DNA of 57,892 nt, from NCBI GenBank assembly GCA_022842585.1, contig JALHPI010000002.1, positions 1 to 57,892 of the forward strand, in the 5' to 3' direction. The position numbers and the translations under genes are program-made. Origin of the DNA: Minisyncoccota bacterium (lineage in GTDB: Bacteria > Patescibacteriota > Minisyncoccia > Phycocordibacterales > Phycocordibacteraceae). Positions 8,676 through 20,032 of this stretch are shown here, in pieces; position 1 is the stretch's first letter; every line of letters starts with the position of its first letter. The notes under the pieces were generated by a model. That model searched no databases and had not been told where the DNA came from. It saw only the letters and a program-made list of their open reading frames with translations.

Positions 8676-10540
8676 GGTGCGACAACGCCGTTACTACTCT
8701 GATAAGCCGGGTCCGTTTTAAGTTCCGTATCTATGGAAGGGGCCGTAGCATCCACCTGCTTCTGCACGAATCGGTCGAAGCCCGAGATGATGCCGTCGGA
8801 TACCAGTGTTGGACTTGTACCCTTTTGCGAAACGCTTGGCAAGAGTGCGATTTGGAACGCAGCTTCGCGTGATGCTCCAGGCTGCACGTCTCCCAAGTTC
8901 CAGGTCACTTCGCGTGTCGCTTCGTTATACGTTACGCCTCCCTGCGTATTGCCCTGCCCGGTAAAGCGCACATAGGACGGAAGTTTCATCTTCGCCGCAG
9001 TGTTCGCGACCGTGTTCACCGTGTTCCCTGCCGTAAGCAGAACCGTGTACGTCGTCTCCTGGTCGGCAATGGCAGGCCATGGCCCGGTGTTAGTAAACGG
9101 GCCGGTGGTGCGCACGGCGCGCATAGTAAGCGAAAGGTCACTCTGTATTTTTATCGTACGGGTAAGGGTCGAGGATACCGACTCCGGAACGTTGTTTTGT
9201 CCGACGCGGCGACCCGATACCGATACGGAGAGCGCAATGGACGGATTGCGGAGCTGGTTCATGGCGGAACCGGTTTTACTCACGAGCGTGAACGAGCCAT
9301 TCCCCGTATCACCCGACTTAAGGGACCCAAGGCCTGCGACCGTATCGCGGTCGTAACGAATCGTCTTATCAGAAGAGCGGTAGAACCCGTTCGTCACGTC
9401 CACACTCCCCGCATCAAGCGCGTCGCCTGAGAGCTGCACCGATATAGCACCGTCTTGAATCGCAACCGGGAGCGCGTTCGTCCAGGTAAGAAGACCTGCA
9501 ATGGGTTCGCCCGCACGCGCAACTATGCTCGGTGCGTCATCACGGTTCAATCCGAGCGCCACCGTGAAGAACGGTTTCGCAATCGTTACGGTCGTATCGT
9601 TAGCAGTATAGGAAATACCGAAATCCTTCGAAGAGGTGGACTTGAGCGCGCCTGCAGTAAAGCGGAATACGCGTTCTTCTCCGTCTTGTCCGGACAGCGT
9701 TCCGGTTACGCGTATTTCGCGCTCTTCTCCCGGCGCGAGCGTGCCTATCGGAAATAACGGACCCCCTGCGGACGCAGCCGAAAACCCGAACGGATACTCG
9801 GCACGTACCGCGACATTCTCAAGAGACGCGGATGCGTTCGAGCGGACGAGTACCGAGAGCGTAACGGGCTGGCCTGACGCGACTTCGGAAAGCGCGGTAA
9901 CCGTGAGCCCGACCGGTGAGGTGGATATGGTGAATTCGTACTGCGCTTTTTTAACGAACACGGCATTCGAGTTTCCGGTACGATATTCGACCGTAATGGG
10001 TATCGAGATTTTCTGGTTCTCTTTTCCGAAGAACGCTGCGCGGGCCGTTTTTCGCACAGAACCGCCTGCCGGGAGATCATCGAGCGCTTCAGTGTAGTGT
10101 GTGAGTGCCTTCGAAGTATCGTCCGCTTCGGTCGTGCCATCTGGATACTGGAGCGTGAGCGACACGTTCGTCACCGCAACCGGATTTGCGTTCTTTACGG
10201 TCACCAGAAGCGGTATCCCTTCCCCGCCAGCAACCGTCGTAGGGCCTTCAATTGAGATATCCACGTTGTCGGTTGAGACCGAACGGCCTCCGAGGAAGAG
10301 TACGAACGCGGTCACTCCTCCCGCAATGACGAAGAATGTAGCGGCGACGCCGAGGAAAATAGCAGCTCCTGACACCTTAGGTTTCGGAGGCGCAGGCGGC
10401 GGGGGTGCCTTCCAGTGCTCAGCAGTGTCTTTACGCATAGAAGAAAATCCCGACTCGTGCAGAGCAGGTACTGCCGCATTCGCATAGAGCTTCTTTTGGA
10501 GCGTATCGAGCGGGCTGTCGTTTGGTTCCGGCAAAGGCAT
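8672..10540 (-). CDS. Membrane-anchored extracellular protein with tandem Ig-like/DUF11-like beta domains
   Basis: One N-terminal TM then beta-rich repeats (VTWNLGDVQPG, GTLAPGEE). Confidence 0.7.
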   Translation of the reverse strand: MPLPEPNDSPLDTLQKKLYANAAVPALHESGFSSMRKDTAEHWKAPPPPAPPKPKVSGAAIFLGVAATFFVIAGGVTAFVLFLGGRSVSTDNVDISIEGPTTVAGGEGIPLLVTVKNANPVAVTNVSLTLQYPDGTTEADDTSKALTHYTEALDDLPAGGSVRKTARAAFFGKENQKISIPITVEYRTGNSNAVFVKKAQYEFTISTSPVGLTVTALSEVASGQPVTLSVLVRSNASASLENVAVRAEYPFGFSAASAGGPLFPIGTLAPGEEREIRVTGTLSGQDGEERVFRFTAGALKSTSSKDFGISYTANDTTVTIAKPFFTVALGLNRDDAPSIVARAGEPIAGLLTWTNALPVAIQDGAISVQLSGDALDAGSVDVTNGFYRSSDKTIRYDRDTVAGLGSLKSGDTGNGSFTLVSKTGSAMNQLRNPSIALSVSVSGRRVGQNNVPESVSSTLTRTIKIQSDLSLTMRAVRTTGPFTNTGPWPAIADQETTYTVLLTAGNTVNTVANTAAKMKLPSYVRFTGQGNTQGGVTYNEATREVTWNLGDVQPGASREAAFQIALLPSVSQKGTSPTLVSDGIISGFDRFVQKQVDATAPSIDTELKTDPAYQSSNGVVAP

Positions 10541-10565
10541 AGTGATACATAGTATACCGCGCGGA

Positions 10566-10692
10566 CTAGAACCGTTTAAAAATGTTCAGATGCGAGGCGC
10601 GGGAGGATGAGGAACGCAGATGTACCGTTTGTACGGCGAAGTGACGAATCGGGTCCCGCAACGAAGCAGGTGGAATTTTTAAACGGTTCTAG
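10566..10692. repeat. Repeat family B (MITE/REP-like hairpin), copy 1
   Basis: Perfect 18-bp terminal IR CTAGAACCGTTTAAAAAT; core CAGATGCGAGGCGCG..GTAC..GTACGGCGA..GCAACGAAGCAG. Confidence 0.85.
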
Positions 10693-11255
10693 AGACCGGA
10701 GGCATCGATGCCGCGATTCACACGCATAATGTAGGTACGTCGGTTTTCGATAATGGGCGCAAGCACTTCGTTAGTGTATTCATGCTCTTCGCCTGCGATA
10801 TCCCCCGCATCAAGTCCAAGCGCACGCAAAAGCCTGAGCGCCGCAAGACACTCGGCCGCTTCCGCCTCGGCTTCGGTGAGCGAAGGCAGGACTTCGAGAA
10901 ATCCTCTGAAAATATGAAACGGTGCCCCGTCGTTTGACTCCCCATGCATGAGACGGAGTAGGAGACGCGCGATACGTCCGGCACGACTACGAGCAGAGGG
11001 CGCAAGCGTACTGAACCAATTTTTCCCGAGCACGGCACCCGATAGGCGCCATCCGTCTTTTCCGCGCACGAGTATGGTGTCGCACTCGTACAGGGTCTGT
11101 ACTGCAGGAGCAAGCTTAGCGCCCGGCTTGCGCACGCCTTGCGCACGCGCTTTCACGAGACCGAATTCGTGGGTCAAAAGATAGAGCAATGCGCTTGCTT
11201 CTGCCAAGGGGGACCTCGCAAGGACAATGGCTTCGGCTGAATACCTAGGACGCAT
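10689..11255 (-). CDS. recO: DNA repair protein RecO (CPR short form)
   Basis: EAIVL...EA...LLT.EFG.V.A.A.GVRK...KLA N-terminal OB signature. Confidence 0.85.
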   Translation of the reverse strand: MRPRYSAEAIVLARSPLAEASALLYLLTHEFGLVKARAQGVRKPGAKLAPAVQTLYECDTILVRGKDGWRLSGAVLGKNWFSTLAPSARSRAGRIARLLLRLMHGESNDGAPFHIFRGFLEVLPSLTEAEAEAAECLAALRLLRALGLDAGDIAGEEHEYTNEVLAPIIENRRTYIMRVNRGIDASGL

Positions 11256-14200
11256 TCTTTACGACATCGAACGCGAGCGTGCCGGTAGAAAGCTCGACCG
11301 AGTACGGACCACTTCCCTTTGTTACCGTTACGACGTCTTTCGGAGAAAGTCCGAGCGACTTTCGCGTATCCGCGACCGCGCGTGCAAGCAAGCGTTCATC
11401 GCCAAGCGCGAGCAGTTCCGGGGTAAGTTCCGTATCAAGAGACATGGAAGATGCACCAGTCCGCACCTCCTGTACGTTCACCTCTTCCGCAAGAAGTACC
11501 GCGAGTTCCGGAGAGAGCGTCTCAGATATGGATAGCGAGCGCAGTACCTGACTGACTTTAAGGTTCGCCTTCTGGCGAAGCATAAGCGCTTCGGAGGCAA
11601 CCGAACGGACTTTCGCCATTTGTACGATGAGTTCGGCATCGACTTGTCCACACTCCGGCCACTCACCCAAGTGCACGCTTTCCGGGTCATGTTCATTGCG
11701 CACCATGCCGTATATTTCCTCGGCGAGAAACGGTGAGAATGGCGCGAGAAGGAGCGCGGAAGTCTTGAGAGTCGTGCGAAGTGTTTCAAGTGCGGCAGCG
11801 TCCCCGTCACGAGCGCGGTCGCGTATGCGCCGTACGTACCACTGCGACAAGTCCTCGAAAAGACCTGAAAGCGAACGGGTCGCATCATAGAGTTGGTATG
11901 CATCGAGCGCTTCAGTCATTTCGACTATTACGTGGTTCACGCGTGCAAGCATCCATCGATCAATCACCTGCGGCTCTGTTGACGCTTCGGCAGGAAGCTT
12001 AAACAGTTCGTAGAATTTGGCACTGTTTTCAAGCCAAGAGAGCGCACGTACCGCTTCCTTCACCGTCTTCTCATCAAAGCTCTTTGAGTCTCCTGATTGA
12101 TTCACGGAATACATCCAGAATCGGAGCGTATCCACGCCGTACTGGTCCATCGCTTCCCACGGATTCACCACATTTCCTTTCGATTTACTCATCTTTTGCC
12201 CCTTCTCATCCAACAGGTGTCCGAGACAAATCACGTTCTTATACGCGCTTCCACGGCCCATAAGCACGCCCACGGCAAGCAGTGTGTAGAACCAGCCGCG
12301 CGTTTGGTCTATCGCTTCGCTAATGTAATCTGCAGGAAACCCCTCCCCTTCTATCCATTCCTTCTTTCGGAAGGGATAGTGGTCCTGCGCAAACGGCATC
12401 GCACCGGAATCGAACCACACGTCCATTACTTCTTTTACACGGCGAAGCGGGGTGCCCTTTTCGCTTAGAAGCACCACTTCGTCGATATGCGGACGGTGCA
12501 TATCTAGTTCGTAGCGTTCATTATGCGGCAAGGGTGCAAAAGAAAGCTCTTGTACTTCCGCATTCGCAGGCTCTTTTGAGATTGAGAAATCAGTAAGGTA
12601 CTCGCGTATGGTTATTCCTTGTGAGACAGCGACGAGCATTCGAAACGGGGTACCGTGCGTCACGATGAGCGTCGTTTCGTTTTCAGACGACGCATCAAGG
12701 TCATACAGAAACGCGCCTACGCGAAGCCGGACCTCGTCCCAGCTCTCACCACCCTTAGGCTGGAGCGACACCAGTTCCGGAGAGCTTTCAAACGCTTCCC
12801 GATAGTCTTGGAGCGGACGACCCTCCCACTCACCCACCTGCACTTCGTGTATACGCTCATCGAACACGATGGCGTCTTGAGAGAGACCGAGGACTTCAGC
12901 AACCGCCTCCGCAGTCTGTCGCGCACGCATAAGCGGAGAAGAAATGATGCGCGTGATGCCTTTGTCCGTAAGACTTGCGGCGGCCCGTATGGACTGCGAG
13001 ACGCCAAACTCCGTAAGCGCGCTTGGAATTGAATCGTCGGAGCTTACCCGCTTTGCAACGTTGTTCTCCGACTCACCGTGACGCATCACGAAATAGCGGT
13101 TACCCCGCTTCGGCAGGTGCGCCTTCATTTCCTCAACCGAACCGATGACCAGTCGCTCGGTACCGTCTTCACTCTCCCATATCGGAAGCGGCGTGCCCCA
13201 GTAGCGCTCGCGCGATATCGCCCAGTCTTTGACACCTGAAAGCCACTCCCCCATGCGCCCCTCACGGATATGGTTCGGCTCCCAGTTCACCTTGGCATTT
13301 TCGGCAAGCAGAGTATCGCGCAAATCATGCATGCGGATGTACCACGAATCGCGCGCGTAGTAGATGAGCGGTGTCTTACAGCGCCAACAGAACGGATACG
13401 TGTGCTTGTAGTTTTCCTGCGAGAAGAACAGGTTTCTCTTTTTCAAATCGTCGATGATATCGACGGCCAGGGTCGGCTTCCCTTTCTCATCTTCCTCTTT
13501 TACGAAACGACCCTCAAGGTACCCGGTACCCTTCACGAATTTTCCGTCAGCACCTACTGCATGCACTTTCGGCAGGCCGATTTTCGTTCCAAGGTCGAAG
13601 TCATCGGTGCCGTACATGACCGCGGTATGCACGATGCCCGTGCCGTCAACGGTCGTGACGAAATCCGCCGCATACACTTTGTACGCGTTCTCAAACTTCT
13701 GCTTTTCGGTGTCGCTTGCAAGCGAAGGGAGGAAATCAAAAAGCGCGATGTAGTCCTTACCTACAAGCTCGCTCCCTTTAACTTCTTTAATAATTTTTAC
13801 TTCCTGTTCTTTGAAAATCTTTTCAACAAGTTCCGAAGCGACCACGTAGATACCATTCAACGCCTGTACATACGAGTACGAGATGTCGTTCCCGACCGCA
13901 AGCGCTACGTTCCCGGGCAAGGTCCATGGCGTCGTGGTCCAGGCGAGAAGGTAGGTGCCGGGCGCTTCCACTAGCTCGAACTTCGCCGTGACTGATACGT
14001 CCTTCACTTCCGCATACCCTTGCGCAAGCTCATGGCTTGAAAGCGCGGTGCCGCAGCGCGTGCACCACGGCAGGACTTTATAGTCCTTGTAAAGCCGTCC
14101 ATCGCTATCCACTTTCTTTACGATAGAGAAGAGCGATTCCATATAGGGCGCATCAAAGGTGAAGTACGCTTTCTCTTGGTCAACCCAGTACCCGATGCGC

Positions 14201-14604
14201 TCCGTAAAGCGGCTCCACTCATCGATGTACTTCATCACGCTCTCGCGGCACTTCGTATTGAATGCGGCAATGCCGTACTTCTCAATGTCCGGCTTTCCGG
14301 AAAACCCGAGTTCCTTCTCTACCTCAAGCTCAACCGGAAGCCCGTGCGTATCCCAGCCGGCACGGCGTGGCACCCGATAGCCGCGCATGGTCTTATAGCG
14401 CGGAATAGCGTCCTTAAAGGAGCGGGATTCAAGGTGGTGTATGCCGGGGCGACCGTTTGCGGTTGGCGGTCCTTCGTAGAACACGAACTCGCCTTGTGGC
14501 GACGGTTTCTCGACAGAACGCTCGAAAATCTGGTTTTCCTTCCACCAGGTCAATATGCGTTCTTCGCGCTTTGCAGCATCTGATTGGTGGGGTGTTTCGG
14601 CCAT
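11245..14604 (-). CDS. ileS: Isoleucine-tRNA ligase (IleRS2 type) with inserted histidine-phosphatase domain
   Basis: [57 protein letters not shown]. Confidence 0.97.
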   Translation of the reverse strand: MAETPHQSDAAKREERILTWWKENQIFERSVEKPSPQGEFVFYEGPPTANGRPGIHHLESRSFKDAIPRYKTMRGYRVPRRAGWDTHGLPVELEVEKELGFSGKPDIEKYGIAAFNTKCRESVMKYIDEWSRFTERIGYWVDQEKAYFTFDAPYMESLFSIVKKVDSDGRLYKDYKVLPWCTRCGTALSSHELAQGYAEVKDVSVTAKFELVEAPGTYLLAWTTTPWTLPGNVALAVGNDISYSYVQALNGIYVVASELVEKIFKEQEVKIIKEVKGSELVGKDYIALFDFLPSLASDTEKQKFENAYKVYAADFVTTVDGTGIVHTAVMYGTDDFDLGTKIGLPKVHAVGADGKFVKGTGYLEGRFVKEEDEKGKPTLAVDIIDDLKKRNLFFSQENYKHTYPFCWRCKTPLIYYARDSWYIRMHDLRDTLLAENAKVNWEPNHIREGRMGEWLSGVKDWAISRERYWGTPLPIWESEDGTERLVIGSVEEMKAHLPKRGNRYFVMRHGESENNVAKRVSSDDSIPSALTEFGVSQSIRAAASLTDKGITRIISSPLMRARQTAEAVAEVLGLSQDAIVFDERIHEVQVGEWEGRPLQDYREAFESSPELVSLQPKGGESWDEVRLRVGAFLYDLDASSENETTLIVTHGTPFRMLVAVSQGITIREYLTDFSISKEPANAEVQELSFAPLPHNERYELDMHRPHIDEVVLLSEKGTPLRRVKEVMDVWFDSGAMPFAQDHYPFRKKEWIEGEGFPADYISEAIDQTRGWFYTLLAVGVLMGRGSAYKNVICLGHLLDEKGQKMSKSKGNVVNPWEAMDQYGVDTLRFWMYSVNQSGDSKSFDEKTVKEAVRALSWLENSAKFYELFKLPAEASTEPQVIDRWMLARVNHVIVEMTEALDAYQLYDATRSLSGLFEDLSQWYVRRIRDRARDGDAAALETLRTTLKTSALLLAPFSPFLAEEIYGMVRNEHDPESVHLGEWPECGQVDAELIVQMAKVRSVASEALMLRQKANLKVSQVLRSLSISETLSPELAVLLAEEVNVQEVRTGASSMSLDTELTPELLALGDERLLARAVADTRKSLGLSPKDVVTVTKGSGPYSVELSTGTLAFDVVKNAS

Positions 14605-14609
14605 ATTTT

Positions 14610-14830
14610 CTTATCCTATCGTCTCTCGTCATAAAAGAAAACGCACCCTTGGAGTAAGGGAGCGCCATTTGAGGGCGGGGCCGGCAGCAGAAGGGGAACG
14701 CGTTCTAAATTACCGCACTTCTGCTGCCGGAACCGGGAGTACGAAATCTTTTTATCGGTTTCAGATGATAACACCTTTGGCTTACGAGCCGATTCATCCT
14801 ATCCGTCCAAAGACATCGTATCCACTGGCA
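14610..14830 (-). promoter_or_regulatory. Structured ileS leader with terminator (putative attenuator)
   Basis: 13-bp perfect stem CCGGCAGCAGAAG/CTTCTGCTGCCGG, then a hairpin plus U-tract ~30 nt before the ATG. Confidence 0.45.
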
Positions 14831-14835
14831 CCCTA

Positions 14836-16482
14836 TCACATCCGCTCGGGCGTAGGAATACCGAGGAGCCGCAGCCCATTCTCCATCGTGGTGGCAAACG
14901 CTTTCGCGACCTTTTGCTTATACGCCTCTTCCCTGCTTCCAAGCACCTGTTCGGACGCGTAGAAGGAATTCCATGCCGATGCAAGTTGGGTGAGGTACTG
15001 CGCGACATAGTGCGGGGCATGCTCGCGCGCGGCACGTGCAGCGACTTCGGGAAACCGTATGAGTAGGCGCTCAATTGCGTACGGTTCGGCCGGCACTTCC
15101 TGCCCTCCTGTGCTTTCACTGTATGAAAGTATTTTCCGTGCACGCACGAGCGCATACTGGAGATACGGTCCCGACTCCCCTTCAAGCGAGAGTGATTGCT
15201 CTGGGTCAAATACAATGTCGCCACCTGCGGCTTGGCGCAAAATCATGTATTTGATTGCGGCGACTGCGACCTGCTCAGCGACGAGCGGGTCCTCGTTCTT
15301 CTCTCTCGCTTTTTCAATCACTTCGGAAAGTAATCCGCGCGCCGTTACCGTGTTCCCTTCGCGCGAGGACATCTTCCCGGTCGTAAGACGCATGAATCCG
15401 TGCGGGATGTGGTGCGTCTTTTCACCGAGTGCTGGCGCGATGTCTTCAAGCGCCGCTTTCACCACATTGAAGTGCCCGATTTGCTCCGCCGCCGTGAGAA
15501 TGTAGGAAACGTCCGAGGGCCAGCGCTCTTCCTTGTAAAACGCGAGTCCGATTTCTTTCGCTTCATAGGTGGGCGTGCCACGGCTCGTAAGGAACACGAG
15601 TGTGTGGAGCCCTTTCTTCTCCCCTTCGTATATAACGGCGCCATCACTTTCCGTAAATACTCCGCGCGAAAGCGCTTCTTTCACTTTTTCAGTTCCGAGA
15701 GCGGCGGTATCACTCTCGAAAAAGTAGTAATCGAATTTCGTACCGAGCACCCCATACAGTTCGCGAAACGCTTCAAGACATACCTCGCGTGACTTGCGCC
15801 AAAGGTTCATCAATTCCGCATCTTCGCCCTTGTATATCTCGACATTGAGCGCATCTATCTCTGCCTTCGCTTCCTCGCTCGCTTCATACGCCTTGCTTCC
15901 GTGCGCGTACGCTTTGTCCACTTCAGCAGCATTCGCGACGTCGGTTACACCATCGCGGCGAAGTGCCCAGAGCGCCTTCGCCACATGCGGACCCACGTCT
16001 CCCCCGTAGGAGTCGCGCGCAATCGTCGCCCCTGAGCTCTCTATGACACGTGACACGGCTTCGCCGATGACGGTACTCATGAGGTGCCCGATATGCATCT
16101 CTTTAAATGGATTCGGACACGAGTACTCGACGATGATACGCTTTCCGTCTTGCTCCGTTCCCCTTCCCCACGACTCACCCTCTTGTACGGCACGCGCTAC
16201 TTGCGCACGAATCGCATCTTTAGAAAGTTTGATGTTTATGAAACCCGGACCCGCAATCATAACGGACTCGACGTCCGCTCCGAGTTCTTTTTGTATACGG
16301 GGCGCAAGTTCTTCGGCGAGCGCTTTCGGATTTTTCCCGAGCGCCTTGGCTCCCGCGAGTGCCGCGTTTACGGCAAAATCGCCATGCGACATATCCGCAG
16401 GCCATTCGACCGCAAACCGGATATCGCTTGCGCCAAGAGTGGCGAGCGCTTTTTCGGTCGCCCTTCGTATCTTTTCTTCCAT
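14836..16482 (-). CDS. argS: Arginine-tRNA ligase
   Basis: GDFA.N, AGPGFIN, EYSCPNPFKEMHIGH, KMSSREG, GPYLQYA. Confidence 0.97.
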   Translation of the reverse strand: MEEKIRRATEKALATLGASDIRFAVEWPADMSHGDFAVNAALAGAKALGKNPKALAEELAPRIQKELGADVESVMIAGPGFINIKLSKDAIRAQVARAVQEGESWGRGTEQDGKRIIVEYSCPNPFKEMHIGHLMSTVIGEAVSRVIESSGATIARDSYGGDVGPHVAKALWALRRDGVTDVANAAEVDKAYAHGSKAYEASEEAKAEIDALNVEIYKGEDAELMNLWRKSREVCLEAFRELYGVLGTKFDYYFFESDTAALGTEKVKEALSRGVFTESDGAVIYEGEKKGLHTLVFLTSRGTPTYEAKEIGLAFYKEERWPSDVSYILTAAEQIGHFNVVKAALEDIAPALGEKTHHIPHGFMRLTTGKMSSREGNTVTARGLLSEVIEKAREKNEDPLVAEQVAVAAIKYMILRQAAGGDIVFDPEQSLSLEGESGPYLQYALVRARKILSYSESTGGQEVPAEPYAIERLLIRFPEVAARAAREHAPHYVAQYLTQLASAWNSFYASEQVLGSREEAYKQKVAKAFATTMENGLRLLGIPTPERM

Positions 16483-16505
16483 TGCCCCTATACTAGCAAA
16501 TCGGC

Positions 16506-17765
16506 CTAGATAAAGGACTCGGGTACCGGGTGGCGTCCTGACAGGTCCGCAATCTCTTTCTTCGCCTTCCCTACCGTTACCTCATCGCGCTTCTTCAATA
16601 CTTCAATCATGAGTTCGGCAACACGGGTACAGTCCTTCTCATTAAAACCGCGCGTGGTGATGGCAGGAGTGCCGAAGCGAATACCGGACGGGTCCATTGG
16701 TTTGCGCGTATCGTCCGCAATCGAGTTCTTATTGAGCGTGATGCCCGCCTCGTCCAAAAGCTTCTCGGCATCGCCTCCGGAAATCTGGTAGGAGGTCCAT
16801 ACGTCCGCAAGCACAAGGTGATTGGAGGTTCCACCCGTGATGAGGCGTGCGCCGTCGGCAAGGAATACGTCTGCCATGGCTTTCGCATTCGTAATGACAT
16901 TCTTCGCGTACGTTTCAAACGACGGGTCGAGCGCTTCCTTGAAGCACACTGCCTTTGCCGCAATCGTGTTCATCAAAGGGCCGCCTTGAAGGCCGGGGAA
17001 AATGGACTTATCTATCTTCTTCGCGAGCTCTTCGCTGTCGCGGGTGAGAATCATGCCGCCACGAGGACCACGGAGCGTCTTATGGGTCGTCGTCGTCATG
17101 ATGTCGAATCCGTAGTCAAACGGATTCTTGACCGCCTTCCCCGCAATGAGCCCCGCGATGTGTGCAACGTCCATGACGGGAATAGCACCTACTTCGCGTG
17201 CGATGTCCACGAACTTCTGGTAGTCGAGCTCGCGCGGATACGCGGAGTAGCCGGCAAGCAGAATCTTCGGCTTGTGCTCTTTGGCAACTGCACGCATTTC
17301 CTCGTAGTCGATTTCACCCGTATCGACATCCTTCATCTTGTAGCGGATGAAGTTGAAAATCTTCGTAAGGTACGTCACCGGATGTCCATGCGTGAGGTGT
17401 CCTCCGTGAGAAAGGTCCATGCCCATGATGGTGTCTCCCGGCTCAAGGAGCGCGAAGTACATGCCGACGTTCGCGGGCGCACCTGCGTGCGGCTGCACGT
17501 TCGCGTACTTGGCACCGAAGAGTTTCTTGGCGCGTTCGCGTGCAAGGTCTTCGACGATGTCGGTGTACCTCTGTCCTCCGTAGTAGCGCTTGCCCGGATA
17601 GCCTTCCGCGTACTTGTTCGTGAGTACGGATGAGAGCGCTTCACGTACCGCAAGCGATACGTAGTTTTCCGAAGGAATGAGCTCTATACCGGTCCGTTCG
17701 CGCTCCTCCTCCCCCTCTATCGCGTCAAACACTTCCTTATCCTGTGCTTCGATGTAGTCGTACAT
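16506..17765 (-). CDS. glyA: Serine hydroxymethyltransferase
   Basis: LIPSENY, NKYAEGYPGKRYYGG, TTTHKTLRGPRGG; start reassigned to 17765. Confidence 0.98.
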   Translation of the reverse strand: MYDYIEAQDKEVFDAIEGEEERERTGIELIPSENYVSLAVREALSSVLTNKYAEGYPGKRYYGGQRYTDIVEDLARERAKKLFGAKYANVQPHAGAPANVGMYFALLEPGDTIMGMDLSHGGHLTHGHPVTYLTKIFNFIRYKMKDVDTGEIDYEEMRAVAKEHKPKILLAGYSAYPRELDYQKFVDIAREVGAIPVMDVAHIAGLIAGKAVKNPFDYGFDIMTTTTHKTLRGPRGGMILTRDSEELAKKIDKSIFPGLQGGPLMNTIAAKAVCFKEALDPSFETYAKNVITNAKAMADVFLADGARLITGGTSNHLVLADVWTSYQISGGDAEKLLDEAGITLNKNSIADDTRKPMDPSGIRFGTPAITTRGFNEKDCTRVAELMIEVLKKRDEVTVGKAKKEIADLSGRHPVPESFI

Positions 17766-17772
17766 AGTCGGA

Positions 17773-18459
17773 TTATACAAGCAGGGCCGAGACCGCTTTA
17801 TACACATCCTCATGTATGGCTTCGGGTGAACGGAGTGCGCCTTCTTCGGTGCACTGTATAGTCTTCCAGTTGTCACCTTGAGAGAGACGCTCTGCAGACT
17901 CAAAAGAGCGTTCGAGATACATGCGGTCTTTCTCGACGACATCCTGCGCTTCACCGTTCAGAGCCTGATTCTTCGCCTCGCGCTCTTTTGAAAGAAGCTC
18001 GAGCGAGCTCTCTACCGGCACGCGCAGATATACGACCGCGCTTGGACGCGGAACGTTGAGTACCTCATGCTCCATCGTATCTATCCATGACAAGAACGCG
18101 TCGCGCTTAGCTTGGTCAATAATTTTTCCGCCCTGATGTATCTGGTTCGAGCTCGCGAAGCGGTCGGCAATCACCACTTTCCCTTCGGCAAGCCACGTAA
18201 GGATTTGCTCGGATGCTTCGTAGCGGTCGAGCGCATAGAGGGTTGAAGCTATTTTCGGGTCGAGGTGGAGGAAATCCCCATGCTTCCCTGCAAGACATTC
18301 CCCAAGGAGCTCGCCGAACAGGGGCGTGCCGTAGCGCGGGAAGTCTATCTTCTCCACCTGCTTCCCTTCACGGGTGAGGCGCTCGGCCAAGAGGCGCGAT
18401 TGCGTCGCCTTCCCCGAACCGTCGATGCCATCGATAACCACAAATGCGCCGGTATTCAT
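17773..18459 (-). CDS. tmk: Thymidylate kinase
   Basis: [21 protein letters not shown]. Confidence 0.93.
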   Translation of the reverse strand: MNTGAFVVIDGIDGSGKATQSRLLAERLTREGKQVEKIDFPRYGTPLFGELLGECLAGKHGDFLHLDPKIASTLYALDRYEASEQILTWLAEGKVVIADRFASSNQIHQGGKIIDQAKRDAFLSWIDTMEHEVLNVPRPSAVVYLRVPVESSLELLSKEREAKNQALNGEAQDVVEKDRMYLERSFESAERLSQGDNWKTIQCTEEGALRSPEAIHEDVYKAVSALLV

Positions 18460-18482
18460 GGGTGGTAGTATACGGGAAACCT

Positions 18483-19316
18483 ATGGAAAAAACCTATCTT
18501 GACCTGCTTCAAAAAGTCATGGACGAGGGCGTAGACCGGAGCGACCGGACCGGAACCGGTACGCGCGCACTCTTCGGGCAGACAATGCGGTTTGACATGA
18601 GCAAAGGCTTCCCTGCGCTCACCACGAAGAAACTTGCATGGAAAGCGGTGCGGAGCGAGCTTCTCTGGTTCCTTGAAGGAAGCGGGGACGAGAACCGATT
18701 GAAGGAGTTGAACGGAAGCGACAAGACCATTTGGAGCGCAAACGCGGAAGCGCCGTACTGGAAACCGAAAGCGAAGTTCGATGGTGATCTCGGGCGCGTA
18801 TATGGCGTGCAGTGGCGTGCGTGGCAAAAGCCCGACGGCACTACCGTCGACCAGATTGCGGAAGCGATTCGCCTCATTAAGGAAGAACCGACGAGCAGGC
18901 GCATCATCGTAAACGCCTGGAACCCAGGCGAGCTCGACCAGATGGCGCTTCCGCCTTGTCATATGTTCTTCCAGTTCTTCGTCGCAGACGGCAAACTCTC
19001 GCTCTTCATGCATCAGCGGAGCTGCGATATGTTCCTTGGCGTGCCATTCAACATCGCTTCCTATTCCCTTCTCCTCCATATGGTCGCGCAGGTAACGGGA
19101 CTCAAAGCGCATGAGTTCGTGCACTCACTTGGCGATACGCACATTTACAACAACCACTTCGATGCCGTGAAAGAACAGCTCGCACGCGAGCCGTACCCAT
19201 TCCCTACTCTGAAGTTAAACCCGGAGGTGAAGGATGTCTTCAGCTTCAAGATGGAGGATATCGAGCTTGAGGGGTACGAGTCACACCCTGCCATAAAGGC
19301 AAGCATGGCGGTATAA
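18483..19316 (+). CDS. thyA: Thymidylate synthase
   Basis: DRTGTGT, ELLWF, MALPPCH, QRSCD.FLGVPFN; start at 18483. Confidence 0.98.
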   Translation: MEKTYLDLLQKVMDEGVDRSDRTGTGTRALFGQTMRFDMSKGFPALTTKKLAWKAVRSELLWFLEGSGDENRLKELNGSDKTIWSANAEAPYWKPKAKFDGDLGRVYGVQWRAWQKPDGTTVDQIAEAIRLIKEEPTSRRIIVNAWNPGELDQMALPPCHMFFQFFVADGKLSLFMHQRSCDMFLGVPFNIASYSLLLHMVAQVTGLKAHEFVHSLGDTHIYNNHFDAVKEQLAREPYPFPTLKLNPEVKDVFSFKMEDIELEGYESHPAIKASMAV

Positions 19317-19327
19317 TCCCCCTACCT

Positions 19328-20032
19328 ATGGCACTTTCCGACAAACGCATTCTCGAAGAGATGAAAAAAGGCGATATCGTCATTTCCCCGTTTGACCGCT
19401 CCCAGCTCGCAACCAGTAGCTACGACGTAACGCTCGGCGAATACTTCTTCCGCGAACAGCCGCCAAAATATAATCACTCCCTCTACAACATTTGGGATAA
19501 GGCTCATACCGAGCATGTGTGGGGTGCCGACAAAGTAGAGCGTGCAGTAGTCGCCAAGGAGGCGTTCAAGAAATACAACTTCGATTGGGGTGGCGGCATA
19601 CGACCCGACGACAAAGTCATCGTACTGCGCCCCGGAGAAACCATTCTCGGACACACGGAAGAATTCATCGGCGGTAAGAATCACATCACGACTATGATGA
19701 AGGCGCGCAGTTCCATGGGTCGCAACTTCATCGAGGTTTGCAAATGCGCCGGCTGGGGCGACGTAGGCTACATCAACCGCTGGACGATGGAAATCACCAA
19801 TAACTCAAAGAACTACATCATCCCTCTCGTAGTGGGCCGTCGCATCGCGCAAATCGTATTCTTTGAAACGGGCCCGATAGAGGGAGGCGACTATGCGGCG
19901 ACCGGAAAATACGCATCCTCCACGAACGTAGCTGAACTGAAGAAAAAGTGGACCCCGGATTCCGTACTTCCCCGTCTGTGGAATGACCGCGATATAAAGA
20001 AAAAACAGTCGTGGCACAAGAAAGTAAAATAG
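19328..20032 (+). CDS. dcd: dCTP deaminase
   Basis: MALSDK.I, SSYDVTLG, ARSSMGR, AGWGDVGY, TMEITN, RIAQIVF. Confidence 0.9.
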   Translation: MALSDKRILEEMKKGDIVISPFDRSQLATSSYDVTLGEYFFREQPPKYNHSLYNIWDKAHTEHVWGADKVERAVVAKEAFKKYNFDWGGGIRPDDKVIVLRPGETILGHTEEFIGGKNHITTMMKARSSMGRNFIEVCKCAGWGDVGYINRWTMEITNNSKNYIIPLVVGRRIAQIVFFETGPIEGGDYAATGKYASSTNVAELKKKWTPDSVLPRLWNDRDIKKKQSWHKKVK

